In this document: positions 17,959 to 27,814 of the stretch, piece by piece
Layout of the letters: each line of letters starts with the position of its first letter
Numbering within the stretch: position 1 is the first letter of the stretch
Assembly: GCA_050950285.1 (NCBI GenBank)
Contig: JBMNHG010000003.1
Location: 372,001-428,336, forward strand
DNA length: 56,336 nucleotides
Direction of reading: 5' to 3'
From: Kiritimatiellia bacterium
GTDB lineage: Bacteria; Verrucomicrobiota; Kiritimatiellia; RFP12; JBMNHG01
Position numbers and translations under genes: made by a program
The notes under the pieces: generated by a model
Seen by the model: only the letters and a program-made list of their open reading frames with translations
Databases searched by the model: none
Told to the model about the DNA's origin: nothing

Positions 17959-19083
17959 GTGAAAGTCCTTCATATTATATCTTCTGTTTCCCGGGATGGA
18001 GGCGGCCCGGCGAGATCTTCACAGGGGCTAGTCGCGGCGTTGAATGCCGTGGAATGTGAAACATGGCTGGCGAGCTGCCGTGCCGGGGATGTGCCGTGGC
18101 TGGATGGCGTATCGCATTTCGCGGCGCCGAACGGCGGGGAGAAACTGGATGGCTTTTTCTCGCGGATGATCGATGAAGTGAAGCCCGATCTTATTCATCT
18201 TCACGGCATTTGGGGATGGAAGATCCATCTCGCGGCAAAAATGGCGCGACAGAAATGCGTGCCGTACATCATCGCGCCGCGAGGCATGCTCGAGCCGTGG
18301 TCGCTTGCCCAGAAGAAGTGGAAGAAGCGCCTCGCGATGTGGCTGTTTCAACGTCGTGATCTCCAGTGTGCTGCGGCGCTTCATGCGACCGCCGAAAGTG
18401 AGGCGGAACAGTTCCGTAAGCTGGGATTCGGGAACAAGATCATCGTCTCGCAGAACGGCGTCAATCTTCCGACGAAATCCATCCATGCTTCCACGCCAGC
18501 TTCCGACTCCAATGCAGAGCCCCGCCGGGCTCTTTTTGTCAGCCGCATGCATCCCAAGAAGGGTGTGCTCGAATTGGTCGAGGTGTGGGCGAAAGCTCGG
18601 CTGGAAGGTTGGGTCTGTGAACTTGTTTATACACTCAATGGTGAAGAGGAGCTGGCGTACGAAGCCAAGGTAAGGGCCCGAGTGAAAGAACTAGGGTTAA
18701 GCCAGTCTTTCGTGTTTACCGGAGCCCTTGACGACGAAAGGAAGTGGGAGGCTTACGGCAGGGCGGATCTGTTCGTTCTCCCGACGTACAGCGAGAACTT
18801 CGGAATCGTTGTGGCAGAGGCGTTGTGGGCCGGCGTTCCGGTCATTACGACGAAGGGCGCTCCATGGGAAGAGCTTGAAAGCCGTCAATGCGGGTGGTGG
18901 ATCGATTTGCCGCCTACGAATTCCCTCATGGAGGCGTTGACGGCCGCGACAGTTCTGCCGCGGAATGAATTGGTCTCCATGGGTCAGAACGGGAAGCGAC
19001 TGGTCGAGGAAAAATATACCTGGAAGGCGGTTTGTGAAAAGATGATCGCCGGGTACAAGGAGGTGCTGGATGGCAAAGCTTGA
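17959..19083 (+). CDS. Glycosyltransferase family 4
   Basis: GGGPARS, HLHGIW, PRGMLEPW, SRMHPKKG, ADLFVLPTYSENFGIVVAEAL. Confidence 0.95.
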   Translation: MKVLHIISSVSRDGGGPARSSQGLVAALNAVECETWLASCRAGDVPWLDGVSHFAAPNGGEKLDGFFSRMIDEVKPDLIHLHGIWGWKIHLAAKMARQKCVPYIIAPRGMLEPWSLAQKKWKKRLAMWLFQRRDLQCAAALHATAESEAEQFRKLGFGNKIIVSQNGVNLPTKSIHASTPASDSNAEPRRALFVSRMHPKKGVLELVEVWAKARLEGWVCELVYTLNGEEELAYEAKVRARVKELGLSQSFVFTGALDDERKWEAYGRADLFVLPTYSENFGIVVAEALWAGVPVITTKGAPWEELESRQCGWWIDLPPTNSLMEALTAATVLPRNELVSMGQNGKRLVEEKYTWKAVCEKMIAGYKEVLDGKA

Positions 19084-19222
19084 TTTGGCGCATCATCGGG
19101 ATCCCCATTTTCGTCGACAGGGCCGAAGGTACGGAAATTGAACAGGGCACCCCCGCCACGAACGCGTCCGTTCGTGTAAGAGGGAGGTTGCGCGGGAGGC
19201 GGGGTTGGGGTATCGTCCGGGC

Positions 19223-19879
19223 ATGAACGTTGTTTGCCTGGGCGACAGTATCACGGGACAGCCGAATCTCCGGTTGTTCATGAAGTATCCGCAGATCCTC
19301 GACTGCATGCTGGAGGCGCGTCTGGGGCCGGGCGCGGCGACGGTCGTGAACCGCGGCATCGCCGGCGACACCACGCAGGGGGCGCTCCGGCGGCTGCAAG
19401 GGGATGTCCTGGATCTGCGGCCGGACATCGTGACCGTCCTGCTGGGCGGCAACGACGGGTGCCAGAAGATCGACCCGGCCGTCACCCGTGCGAATCTCGG
19501 GGAGATCGTGCGGCGGCTTCAGGCGATGGGCGCGAAGGTGTTGCTGATGCAGTACCACTGCCTTCCCCATCCGGATCATCCGGAAACGGCCTGGCGTCTC
19601 CTGCAGGCGAACAACGCCCTCATCGGCGAAGTCGCCGCTGCGGCGGGCGTCCCCTGCCTGGACCTCGCCGCGCCGTTTGATGCGGCATGCCGCGGGCCCG
19701 TCACCTGGGAGCTGTGCGGCCGCGACGACGCCACGGGAGTTGCCGAGTGGCGCGAAACGCCCATGACGCAGGGGCATCTGGTGAGCGAGACGGACGGCGT
19801 CCATCTGAATCCCGGCGGCGAACTGGTCGTCGCCCGCGCCATCTTCGCGAAAGGGCTCGCCCTGGGCTGGATTCCGTGA
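19223..19879 (+). CDS. SGNH/GDSL hydrolase family protein
   Basis: GDSIT, NRGIAGDTT, GGND, DGVHLN; TATCGT 6 nt before the ATG suggests a leaderless start. Confidence 0.92.
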   Translation: MNVVCLGDSITGQPNLRLFMKYPQILDCMLEARLGPGAATVVNRGIAGDTTQGALRRLQGDVLDLRPDIVTVLLGGNDGCQKIDPAVTRANLGEIVRRLQAMGAKVLLMQYHCLPHPDHPETAWRLLQANNALIGEVAAAAGVPCLDLAAPFDAACRGPVTWELCGRDDATGVAEWRETPMTQGHLVSETDGVHLNPGGELVVARAIFAKGLALGWIP

Positions 19880-19943
19880 CCGCCGCGCCGGTTGCCGCCG
19901 GAACGCGGGGATGGGCCCCGCCTTCCGCCTTTCTGTTATGGCT

Positions 19944-21782
19944 TCACTCCCGCAGTTGTTCTTTCCGCAGGGAGGCGTAGAGGCCGTCGGGGTCTGCCAT
20001 GAGTTCGGCGTGGGTGCCGCTTTCGGCGATCCGGCCGTCTTCAATCACGAGGATGCGGTCGGCATGGACCACGGTGGAGAGGCGGTGGGCGATGACGAAG
20101 CAGGTGCGGCCGCGCATGAGGACGGCGAGGGCGTCCTGGATTTGGTGTTCCGCGTAGGAATCCACCATGGAGGTGGCTTCGTCCAGCACGAGGATGCGGC
20201 GGTCGGCGAGGAGGGCGCGCGCGATGGAGAGGCGCTGGCGCTGTCCGCCGGAGAGCTTCACGCCGCGCTCGCCGATGTGGGTGTCGTAGCCTTGGGGGAG
20301 GGCGGCGATGAACTCGTCGGCGTAGGCGGCGCGCGCGGCGGCGCGGAGGTCGTCTTCGGAGGCGTCGGGGCGGGCGTAGCGGAGGTTGTCGGAGACGGTG
20401 CCGTCGAAGAGGAAGGCGTCTTGGGGCACGAAGGCCATCTGGCTCCGGAGGGAGGCCTGGGTGACGTGGCGGAGGTCGTGGCCGTCGATGGTGATGCGCC
20501 CCGATTCGGGGTCGTAGAAGCGTGCCACGAGGTTCACCAGGCTGGTTTTCCCGGCGCCGCTGCGTCCGACGAGGGCGATGGTCTGGCCGGGTTCCGCGGT
20601 GAAGGAAATGCCGTCGAGGACCTTCGCTTCGGGGGTGTAGCGGAAGGAGACGTCTTCGAAGGCGACGCGGCCCCGGATGGTATCGAGCGCGATGGCGTCG
20701 GGGGCGTCCGACACGTCGGGGGAGGCGTCGAGGATCTCGGCGACGCGTTCGCCGGCGGCGAGGCATTGGAGGGCGTGGTTGTAGGTGTGGAAGAGGGCGC
20801 CGATGGGGCGGTAGAGCTGCATGGCGTAGGTGCTGAAGGCGAAGAGGTCGCCCACGGAGAAGGTCGAGCCGGGCTGGAGGATGCGGTAGGCGCCGGCGCC
20901 GATGACGAGCAGGCCGCCGAAGCCGTGGAGGAATCCCATGAAGGGCCAGGCCACGGAGGAGAGGCGCGCCGCCTTCACCTGGGCGTCGTAGACGTCCGCG
21001 ATGGTGGCGCCCACGGCGTCGCGCTCGCGGTCGTCCGCATGGAAGGCCTTGATCACGCGGATGCCGGAGATGTTGTCCTGCACCTTCGCCTGGAAGAGGC
21101 CGATGCGGTCGCGCATGGCGCGGTAGAGGGGGCGGATGGTGGTGCTGAACCAGCGCATCAGCAACACGAGGAGGGGGACGGGGACGAGGGCGACGAGGGC
21201 GAGGCGCCAGTCGAGCCAGAAGAGGAGCACGAGGGTGACGGCGAGGTTCAGGACGTCGTGGACGAGGCGGTCGCCGATGAACGAGATGACCTCCTCGAGC
21301 GAGCCGACGTCGCCGGAGACGCGCGAAACGATGTCGCCGCTGGGCCGGGATTCGAAGAAGCGGAGGGAGAGTCCCTGGAGGTGGTTGTAGACGTGGGCGC
21401 GGAGGTCGCGCACGAACGAGGCGCAGGCGCTCCGGATGACCCATCCATGGACGCTTCCGACGAGGGCGGCGGCGAGGGCGATGCCGAACATGGCGGCGGT
21501 GGCGAGGCCCGCCTGCCGGTAGAGGGAGGAGCGCAGCGCGGCGTCGCCGGCGATGGAGGGGGCCTTGGCGAGCACGTCGTCCACGAGCCAGCGGGTGATC
21601 AGCGGGTTCGCCTTGTCCAGCGCCAGCCCGGCGAGCAGGCAGGCGAGGCCGGCGAGGATGGCTCCGGTGCGGGGGCGGATGAAGGGCCACAGCATCTTCG
21701 CGAGGAGGCGGAAGCTTTGGCGGAGCGGAAGCTGGGGGCGGCGCGGCCTGCCGTGGTGGTGGCGGTGGTGGCCGTTGGGCAT
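19944..21782 (-). CDS. ABC exporter, fused permease and ATPase (MsbA/MdlB type)
   Basis: Hydrophobic N-terminal half; GRSGAGKT, LSGGQRQR, ILVLDEAT, IAHRLST; start coupled to the exosortase stop (TGATG). Confidence 0.94.
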   Translation of the reverse strand: MPNGHHRHHHGRPRRPQLPLRQSFRLLAKMLWPFIRPRTGAILAGLACLLAGLALDKANPLITRWLVDDVLAKAPSIAGDAALRSSLYRQAGLATAAMFGIALAAALVGSVHGWVIRSACASFVRDLRAHVYNHLQGLSLRFFESRPSGDIVSRVSGDVGSLEEVISFIGDRLVHDVLNLAVTLVLLFWLDWRLALVALVPVPLLVLLMRWFSTTIRPLYRAMRDRIGLFQAKVQDNISGIRVIKAFHADDRERDAVGATIADVYDAQVKAARLSSVAWPFMGFLHGFGGLLVIGAGAYRILQPGSTFSVGDLFAFSTYAMQLYRPIGALFHTYNHALQCLAAGERVAEILDASPDVSDAPDAIALDTIRGRVAFEDVSFRYTPEAKVLDGISFTAEPGQTIALVGRSGAGKTSLVNLVARFYDPESGRITIDGHDLRHVTQASLRSQMAFVPQDAFLFDGTVSDNLRYARPDASEDDLRAAARAAYADEFIAALPQGYDTHIGERGVKLSGGQRQRLSIARALLADRRILVLDEATSMVDSYAEHQIQDALAVLMRGRTCFVIAHRLSTVVHADRILVIEDGRIAESGTHAELMADPDGLYASLRKEQLRE

Positions 21783-23482
21783 CAGCGGGACTCCTTGCGG
21801 GCGGCGTCGAAGGCGGCGGCGAAGCGCGCCATGCCGGCCTCGGCCCGCGCGATGTCCGGCAGGCCGTCGGCCCGAACCGGGATGTCGCAGGTGAGGGTGA
21901 CCATCGACCACCGGGTGATGCGGTTGCGGAAGGCGCGGTCTTTCACGCTGGTCAGGATGCGCTGGAGGTGGGAGTCGGTCACGAAGCCTTTGCTTTCGAA
22001 CCAGTAGGCGTGCAACTGGAAGGAATTTCCGGACTCCGGGCGGATCACGAGGGTCCGCGCGGAGAACGACGACCCGTCGGGGCGGGGGATGGTGATTCCG
22101 GACTCGCGATCGATGGAGTAGCCTTGGGCGGGGATGCACATTTCGGGACGGTGGATGCTGGTCCGGCGCTCGCCGTTCACGACCACGTTCACGATGATGG
22201 AGCGATCCCCCTGGGCATACACGCGCTTCTCGATGAGGGTGTCGTCGGGAAGGATGCGGCGTTCGCCGGGGGAGACCGTGTCCAGGGGCCCGCCGCACTC
22301 CGGGCAGGGATGCGAGGCGCGGAAGGCGCCGTCGAAGACCGCGCCGGCTTCCAGGATCTCGAAATATCCGCACTGTTCGTCCTGGCAGAAGAGGGGGCGG
22401 CGCGCCTCTTCGCCGGTGGGGAGGCGTTCGGGCATGGGGAACATCACCCCTTCCTGCGACTCGATGACGGGGGGCGGCATGGACCGGAAGGCCACGAGCA
22501 TCGTGGCCATGGCGGCGAGAAGGGCGACGATGCCGGCCCAGCGGAAAGGCGCACGGGGGGGCGCCGCTTCGACGGACGGCGGGGCCTCCTCGCCGTCCTG
22601 CGCGGTATCGGGCGCCTCCTCGCCGTCCGCCCCCTTCTTCCCATCCTTTTCGAGCCAGGCGCCGACGGCCACCATGAGGAAGATGGCCACGATGAAGACG
22701 ACGTAGCCGGAGTAGTCGTGGTAGAAGCCGACGCCGAAGTCCTGTCCGAAGAAGCGGGCGACCACGGCGATGGTGAAGACGCGCATGATGTTGCCGATCA
22801 CGGCGAGGGGCACGGAGCAGGCGAAGAGGAACCAGCGCTTCCAGGTTTTCGTCTGCGTGAGGTAGGCGTAGGCGGCGGTGACCGCCATCAGCGCGAAGAG
22901 GGAGCGCAGCCCGCTGCACGCCTCCGCCACATCCAGGTTGAAGGGGCCTTCCGGAGTGGTGGAGACCAGGCCGGAGCCGACGCGGACGACGGAGATGCCG
23001 ATGCCGTTGAGCAACACGCTGGCGACCCGGGTGACGAGGAGGCGCAGGCGCACCGTGCTGAGGAACCCGAGGGGCACCGTGAAGAGCATGTAGGCGGCGG
23101 GGAAGGCCACAAGCCGCCCGAGGCGGCGCCCCCATATGGCGCAGGGGAGGGCCCAGAGCATCAGGATGAAGGCGAGCTGGCTGAAGCGCACCTGGCCGCC
23201 GCGTTCGCCGAGCCACAGCAGGGCGAGCGACGCGAAGGCGCCCAGGATGCCCAGCCAGGACGGCGGCGCGCCGCGGGCGGCGGCGGCGAGTTCCTTCCGC
23301 TGGCGCCAGAGGAGGTACAGCGAGAAGAGCGGGATGTACCAGCCGTGGGCCATGTCCTCCGTCTCGTCCAGGAAGGTGTCCCGCATGAAGACGAAGACCC
23401 GCTGGAAGAGGAGGCAGGCCAGGAGGGCGCCCACGATGAAGATCGCGATGCGGAAGAAGCGTGCTCGGGAGGAGGAGGGCAT
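21782..23482 (-). CDS. Exosortase fused to an EpsI-like domain
   Basis: DMAHGWYIP, VAEACSGLRSL, GNIMRV, FYHDYSG give the Cys/Arg/His triad; C-terminal RTSIHRPEMCIPAQG and YWF. Confidence 0.9.
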   Translation of the reverse strand: MPSSSRARFFRIAIFIVGALLACLLFQRVFVFMRDTFLDETEDMAHGWYIPLFSLYLLWRQRKELAAAARGAPPSWLGILGAFASLALLWLGERGGQVRFSQLAFILMLWALPCAIWGRRLGRLVAFPAAYMLFTVPLGFLSTVRLRLLVTRVASVLLNGIGISVVRVGSGLVSTTPEGPFNLDVAEACSGLRSLFALMAVTAAYAYLTQTKTWKRWFLFACSVPLAVIGNIMRVFTIAVVARFFGQDFGVGFYHDYSGYVVFIVAIFLMVAVGAWLEKDGKKGADGEEAPDTAQDGEEAPPSVEAAPPRAPFRWAGIVALLAAMATMLVAFRSMPPPVIESQEGVMFPMPERLPTGEEARRPLFCQDEQCGYFEILEAGAVFDGAFRASHPCPECGGPLDTVSPGERRILPDDTLIEKRVYAQGDRSIIVNVVVNGERRTSIHRPEMCIPAQGYSIDRESGITIPRPDGSSFSARTLVIRPESGNSFQLHAYWFESKGFVTDSHLQRILTSVKDRAFRNRITRWSMVTLTCDIPVRADGLPDIARAEAGMARFAAAFDAARKESR

Positions 23483-23514
23483 GGGAAAGTGTCCTGGGGC
23501 GGGATGGAGGGGCT

Positions 23515-25467
23515 TCACGCCGGAGGCCCCGGGTCCGCCGGGGCGGCGGCCGCCGCATTCCCGAAGGTGTTTTCGGGGACGAACCGGGCGATGGCGCGGC
23601 GGGTCTCGTCGTCGGGCGCGGCGCGCCCGCACAGTTCGCCGCAGCATGCGAGCATCTCCGCGACGGCCTCCGGGGCGGGGGCGGCGATGCGCCCGATGAA
23701 GACGCGCGGGAGGCGGGTCCGGTCGGCATGCTCCTCGCGCGTGCTGAGTTCCTCGAAGAGCTTTTCGCCGGGACGCAGGCCGGTGAAGACGATCGGGATG
23801 TCCTCGTAGGGGCGCAGTCCGGAGAGCCGGATCATCTCCGTTGCGAGTTCGACGATGCGGATGGGTTCGCCCATGTCGAGGATGAAGATCTCGCCGCCGG
23901 CGGCGATGGACGCGGCTTCGAGCACGAGACGGCAGGCCTCGGGGATGGTCATGAAATAGCGCTGCATGTCGGGATGGGTCACCGTCACCGGCCCTCCCGC
24001 GCGGATCTGCTCGCGGAAGAGGGGCACCACCGACCCCGAGGCGCCGAGCACGTTGCCGAAGCGCACGGCGGCGAAACGGGTGCTCCCCTCGCGGTTCAGG
24101 TCCTGGATCGCAAACTCGGCGAGGCGCTTGCTGGCGCCCATCACCGAGGAGGGCTTCACGGCCTTGTCGGTGGAGAGCTGCACGAAGACCTTCACGCCGG
24201 CCTTCACGGCCTCTTCGCCGAGCACGCGCGTGGCGAGCACGTTGTTGCGTATGGCCTCGGTCACGTTGCATTCCATCAGGGGCACGTGCTTGTGGGCGGC
24301 CGCGTTGAGCACGAAGCCGGGGCGGAAGCGCGCGAGCGCCTCCGCCACGCGGGCGCGGTCCGCGATGTCCCCCGCCACCGGGACCACCTCCACTCTCGCC
24401 TGTGCGGCGCGCCGCCGGAGGGCGCGGTGGATTTCGTGGAGGGCCGGTTCGCTCCGCTCGAAGAGGACGAGGCGCGAGGGGCCGAGGCGCATCACCTGCC
24501 GTGCGAGTTCGGAGCCGATCGAACCGCCGGCGCCGGTGACCATCACGCAGGTCCCGGCCACGAAGCGGGCGAGTTCGGCGTCGCTCGCCAAGTCGATTTC
24601 GTCGCGCCCGAGCAGGTCCGCCACGTCCACCTCGCGAAGCAGGCTGGGGTCGGGCGCGCCGCCCAGCATCTCGAAGATTCCGGGGGAGATGCGCACGGGA
24701 ACGCGGAGATCCTCGCAGTCGTGGACGATCGCGCGGATGACCTCGCGCCGGATGGGCGCGAGGGTCACGAAGACCTCGTTCGCCCCGAAACGCCGGATGG
24801 CATCGCGGAGCGCGGAGACGGGCCCCACCACGCGCACTCCTTGGAGGATGGCGTTCAGCCGCGCCGGATCGTCGTCGAGGAAGCCGACGACCTCCACGCC
24901 GTGCGCGCGGTTCTGGCGGAATTCGTGCGCCACGGCGTTCCCCGTGGTTCCCGCGCCGACGATGAGGACGCGCCGGACGGGGGCGTCCGCCTCATACGGG
25001 GCCTTCGCTTCGCCCTCCTGCGCGTTGCGCCCCTCGGAAACAAGGCGCCACAGCATGCGCACGAGCACCGCCCCGCCCAGGAAGAACACGCCGTTGAGGA
25101 TCGACACGCTCAGCGGCGGACGCCACCAGATGAACTTCCCCCCGCGCGTGAAAAGCCAGATCATCACGAGCACGAAGGTCGAGGAGCCCGCCGCCGCCAC
25201 CAGCCGCGGGACGTCGTACGCGCCGAAGAAGCGCCACACGATGCGGTGGCACCGGAAGGCGTACAGCGCCGCCACCTCCAGCACGATCACGGGGATCCAG
25301 TAGACGGTTACGGGTTCCCATCCATAGGCGGGGGGCTGGAAGTTGAAGCGAAGCGCGTGGGCGGCAAGGAAGGCCGCCACCATCACGGACAGGTCGGCCG
25401 CGAAGGTCGCCAGGGCCGTGCCGACGGGGCGTCGCCCGGCAAATCGATGTGGGAGGGATGCGCTCAT
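23515..25467 (-). CDS. CapD/PglF-like nucleoside-diphosphate sugar dehydratase
   Basis: N-terminal membrane segments, VLIVGAGTTG, DLLGRD, TGAGGSIGSEL, HKHVPLME, STDKAV, VRFGNVLGASGSV, GLRPGEKL. Confidence 0.94.
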   Translation of the reverse strand: MSASLPHRFAGRRPVGTALATFAADLSVMVAAFLAAHALRFNFQPPAYGWEPVTVYWIPVIVLEVAALYAFRCHRIVWRFFGAYDVPRLVAAAGSSTFVLVMIWLFTRGGKFIWWRPPLSVSILNGVFFLGGAVLVRMLWRLVSEGRNAQEGEAKAPYEADAPVRRVLIVGAGTTGNAVAHEFRQNRAHGVEVVGFLDDDPARLNAILQGVRVVGPVSALRDAIRRFGANEVFVTLAPIRREVIRAIVHDCEDLRVPVRISPGIFEMLGGAPDPSLLREVDVADLLGRDEIDLASDAELARFVAGTCVMVTGAGGSIGSELARQVMRLGPSRLVLFERSEPALHEIHRALRRRAAQARVEVVPVAGDIADRARVAEALARFRPGFVLNAAAHKHVPLMECNVTEAIRNNVLATRVLGEEAVKAGVKVFVQLSTDKAVKPSSVMGASKRLAEFAIQDLNREGSTRFAAVRFGNVLGASGSVVPLFREQIRAGGPVTVTHPDMQRYFMTIPEACRLVLEAASIAAGGEIFILDMGEPIRIVELATEMIRLSGLRPYEDIPIVFTGLRPGEKLFEELSTREEHADRTRLPRVFIGRIAAPAPEAVAEMLACCGELCGRAAPDDETRRAIARFVPENTFGNAAAAAPADPGPPA

Positions 25468-25585
25468 GGTTCGAAATCGGAAAGGTAGCAGAAACCCCGC
25501 GCCGTGGCAACCCGTCCGCCGGGCGGCGCGCCGCGCCGGTTCCGCCGCGCATCCATCCGGACGCCGGCGGGCGCGGGACGGCTCC

Positions 25586-26386
25586 CTACCCCAGGTCGAT
25601 CTCCAGCCCGTCGTAGGCCGGCTCGATGCCCGGCGGCAGGCGGGCGGAGAGGGTCGCATGGTCGACCTCGTGGCAGAGATGGGTCATCCAGGAGCGTTTC
25701 GCGCCAATCTTCCGGAGCAGTTCGAGCGAGGACTCGGTGGTGAGGTGGGTGGCGTGGGGGCGGCTGGGGCGCAAGGCGTCGAGCACCATCACGTCGAGAT
25801 CGCGGAGAAGGTCCATCGTCTCCGGCGGGATCGCGGAGCAGTCGGAGATGTAGGCGGCCGACGCACCGTCCGCCTCGAGCCGGAAGCCGGTCATCGCGCC
25901 CGTGCCGTGCACCACGGGGAGGGGGGTCGCCCGCAGTGTGCCGGGGGCGCCGTCGAAGGTGCGGATTTCGAAGGGTCCGGCGATTTCGCGGAAGTCGACG
26001 AGCGGGCGATAGAAGCCTGCGATGGGCGCGGTGTCGATGTAGTTGAAGATGCGCCGCATGCCGGCGAGCGTCTCCGGCACGGCGTAGGCCGGGATCACGG
26101 CATCCCCCTGCAGGGTGTTGAAGCGCCGGACGTCGTCGAACCCCATGACGTGGTCTGCATGGCAGTGGGAGATGAGCACGGCGTCCAGGCGGCGCAGCCC
26201 GATCCCGAGGGCCTGCTCGCGGAAGTCCGGCGGCGTGTCCACCACCACCCGCAGCGCGCCGGTGGAGACGAGGAGGCACGAGCGGCGGCGGCGGTTGCGC
26301 GGGTCGGTGGAGTGGCACACCGGGCAATCGCACCCGATCATGGGCACGCCCACGGAGGTACCGGTTCCGAGGAAGGTGAGTTTCAT
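25586..26386 (-). CDS. MBL-fold metallo-hydrolase (PhnP-like)
   Basis: LGTGTSVGVP, CDCPVC, SHCHADH, YISD, HATH, THLCH, AYDGL. Confidence 0.93.
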   Translation of the reverse strand: MKLTFLGTGTSVGVPMIGCDCPVCHSTDPRNRRRRSCLLVSTGALRVVVDTPPDFREQALGIGLRRLDAVLISHCHADHVMGFDDVRRFNTLQGDAVIPAYAVPETLAGMRRIFNYIDTAPIAGFYRPLVDFREIAGPFEIRTFDGAPGTLRATPLPVVHGTGAMTGFRLEADGASAAYISDCSAIPPETMDLLRDLDVMVLDALRPSRPHATHLTTESSLELLRKIGAKRSWMTHLCHEVDHATLSARLPPGIEPAYDGLEIDLG

Positions 26387-26412
26387 GGCGTTCCGCCTTC
26401 GCGGGGGCGAGG

Positions 26413-27717
26413 TCAGCCGACGATGCGCAGTTTCGAGGGCCCGGCGCCGAGGATGCCGGAGGCGGCGATGTCCGCAAGGGCGGCGTCGAGATCGGCTTCC
26501 ACGGAAGGGGCGGTGATCACCACCACCGGCACGAAGGGGCCGGCGTCGGCTCCTCCATCCTTCTGGATCACGGCGGAGATCGAGACGCCGCGCGCGCCGA
26601 GTGCGGTGGAAAGCGTCCCCAGGGTCCCGGGCACGTCTTTCACGGCGAGCCGCAGGTAGTAGCGGGAGGTGATCTCGGCGAGCGGGCGAATGCGGCGCGC
26701 CGCGCCGGCGAGCGGAATCCCGCGGGCGTGGCGGGGACTGCCGGCGGCGAGCCCTCGGGCCACATCCGCGATGTCGGAGATGACCGTCGACGCCGTGGGG
26801 GCGCGGCCCGCCCCCCGCCCGTAGTGGAGCGTGTCGCCCGAAAGGTCGCCGGTGAACATCACGGCGTTGAAGACGCCCGACACCGAGGCGAGCATGTGGC
26901 CCAGCGGAATCAGGGCGGGATGGACGCGCACTTCGATGTCGCCTTCGTCGCCGCCCGCTATCACGGCGAGCAGTTTGATGCGGTAGCCGAGTTCGCGGGC
27001 GAAGCGGACGTCGAGGCCGTCGAGGCCGCGGATGCCTTCCACCGGCACATCCGCCAGCGGCACGTGGAATCCGTAGGCGAGCGACGCGAGGATGGTGGCC
27101 TTGTGGGCCGTGTCGTGGCCATCGATGTCCAGCGCGGGATTGGCCTCGGCATAGCCGAGTTCCTGGGCCTCGGCAAGCACCTGCTCGAAGGGGAGGCCCT
27201 CGCCCTCCATGCGGGTGAGGATGTAGTTGCAGGTGCCGTTCAGGATGCCGAGGACGCGACGGAAGCGGTTGCCCGCGAGCGCTTCGCGCGCCACGCGGAT
27301 CACGGGGATGCCGCCGCCGACGGAGGCGCCGAAGCCGAGGTCGACCCCCTTTTCCGCCGCCAGGGAGAAGAGTTCGTCGCCATGCTCGGCGAGGAGTTTC
27401 TTGTTGGCGGTGACCACCGGCTTGCCGGCCTGGAGGGCCTCGGTCATCAGCGTGCGGGCGATGCCCGAGCCGCCGATCAGCTCGACCACGATGTCCACCG
27501 ACGGATCGGCGATGACCTCGCGGGCGTCGGTGGTGAGCAGGGAGGAATCCACCTCCACCCCGCGGTCGGTCGTGATGTCGAGGTCGCCGATGCGGCGGAC
27601 CACGAGGTCGATGCCGAGACGGGACGCGAGAAGATCGCGATTTTCCTGAAGACCCTGGAAGACGCCGGCGCCGACCGTGCCGAATCCGAGAAGACCCACG
27701 CCAAATTGTTTCATCAT
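26413..27717 (-). CDS. hom: Homoserine dehydrogenase with ACT domain
   Basis: GLLGFGTVG, VVTANK, ASVGGGIP, GILNGTCNYIL, DGHDTAHK, GRGAG; C-terminal ACT domain. Confidence 0.96.
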   Translation of the reverse strand: MMKQFGVGLLGFGTVGAGVFQGLQENRDLLASRLGIDLVVRRIGDLDITTDRGVEVDSSLLTTDAREVIADPSVDIVVELIGGSGIARTLMTEALQAGKPVVTANKKLLAEHGDELFSLAAEKGVDLGFGASVGGGIPVIRVAREALAGNRFRRVLGILNGTCNYILTRMEGEGLPFEQVLAEAQELGYAEANPALDIDGHDTAHKATILASLAYGFHVPLADVPVEGIRGLDGLDVRFARELGYRIKLLAVIAGGDEGDIEVRVHPALIPLGHMLASVSGVFNAVMFTGDLSGDTLHYGRGAGRAPTASTVISDIADVARGLAAGSPRHARGIPLAGAARRIRPLAEITSRYYLRLAVKDVPGTLGTLSTALGARGVSISAVIQKDGGADAGPFVPVVVITAPSVEADLDAALADIAASGILGAGPSKLRIVG

Positions 27718-27724
27718 GGGGGGA

Positions 27725-27733
27725 AGAATAACA
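27725..27733 (-). promoter_or_regulatory. Extended -10 (TG-T-TATTCT) 7 nt upstream of the hom ATG; probable leaderless transcript
   Basis: Minus strand reads TTTGTTATTCTTCCCCCCATGATG with no Shine-Dalgarno. Confidence 0.55.
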
Positions 27734-27814
27734 AAGGGATGGGTCGGACGCAAGCGCGGGGCGGGAAACGCGGGTGTTCGGTTGGTGGAAGGGGCAGATG
27801 CTCCAGAAGGACCG

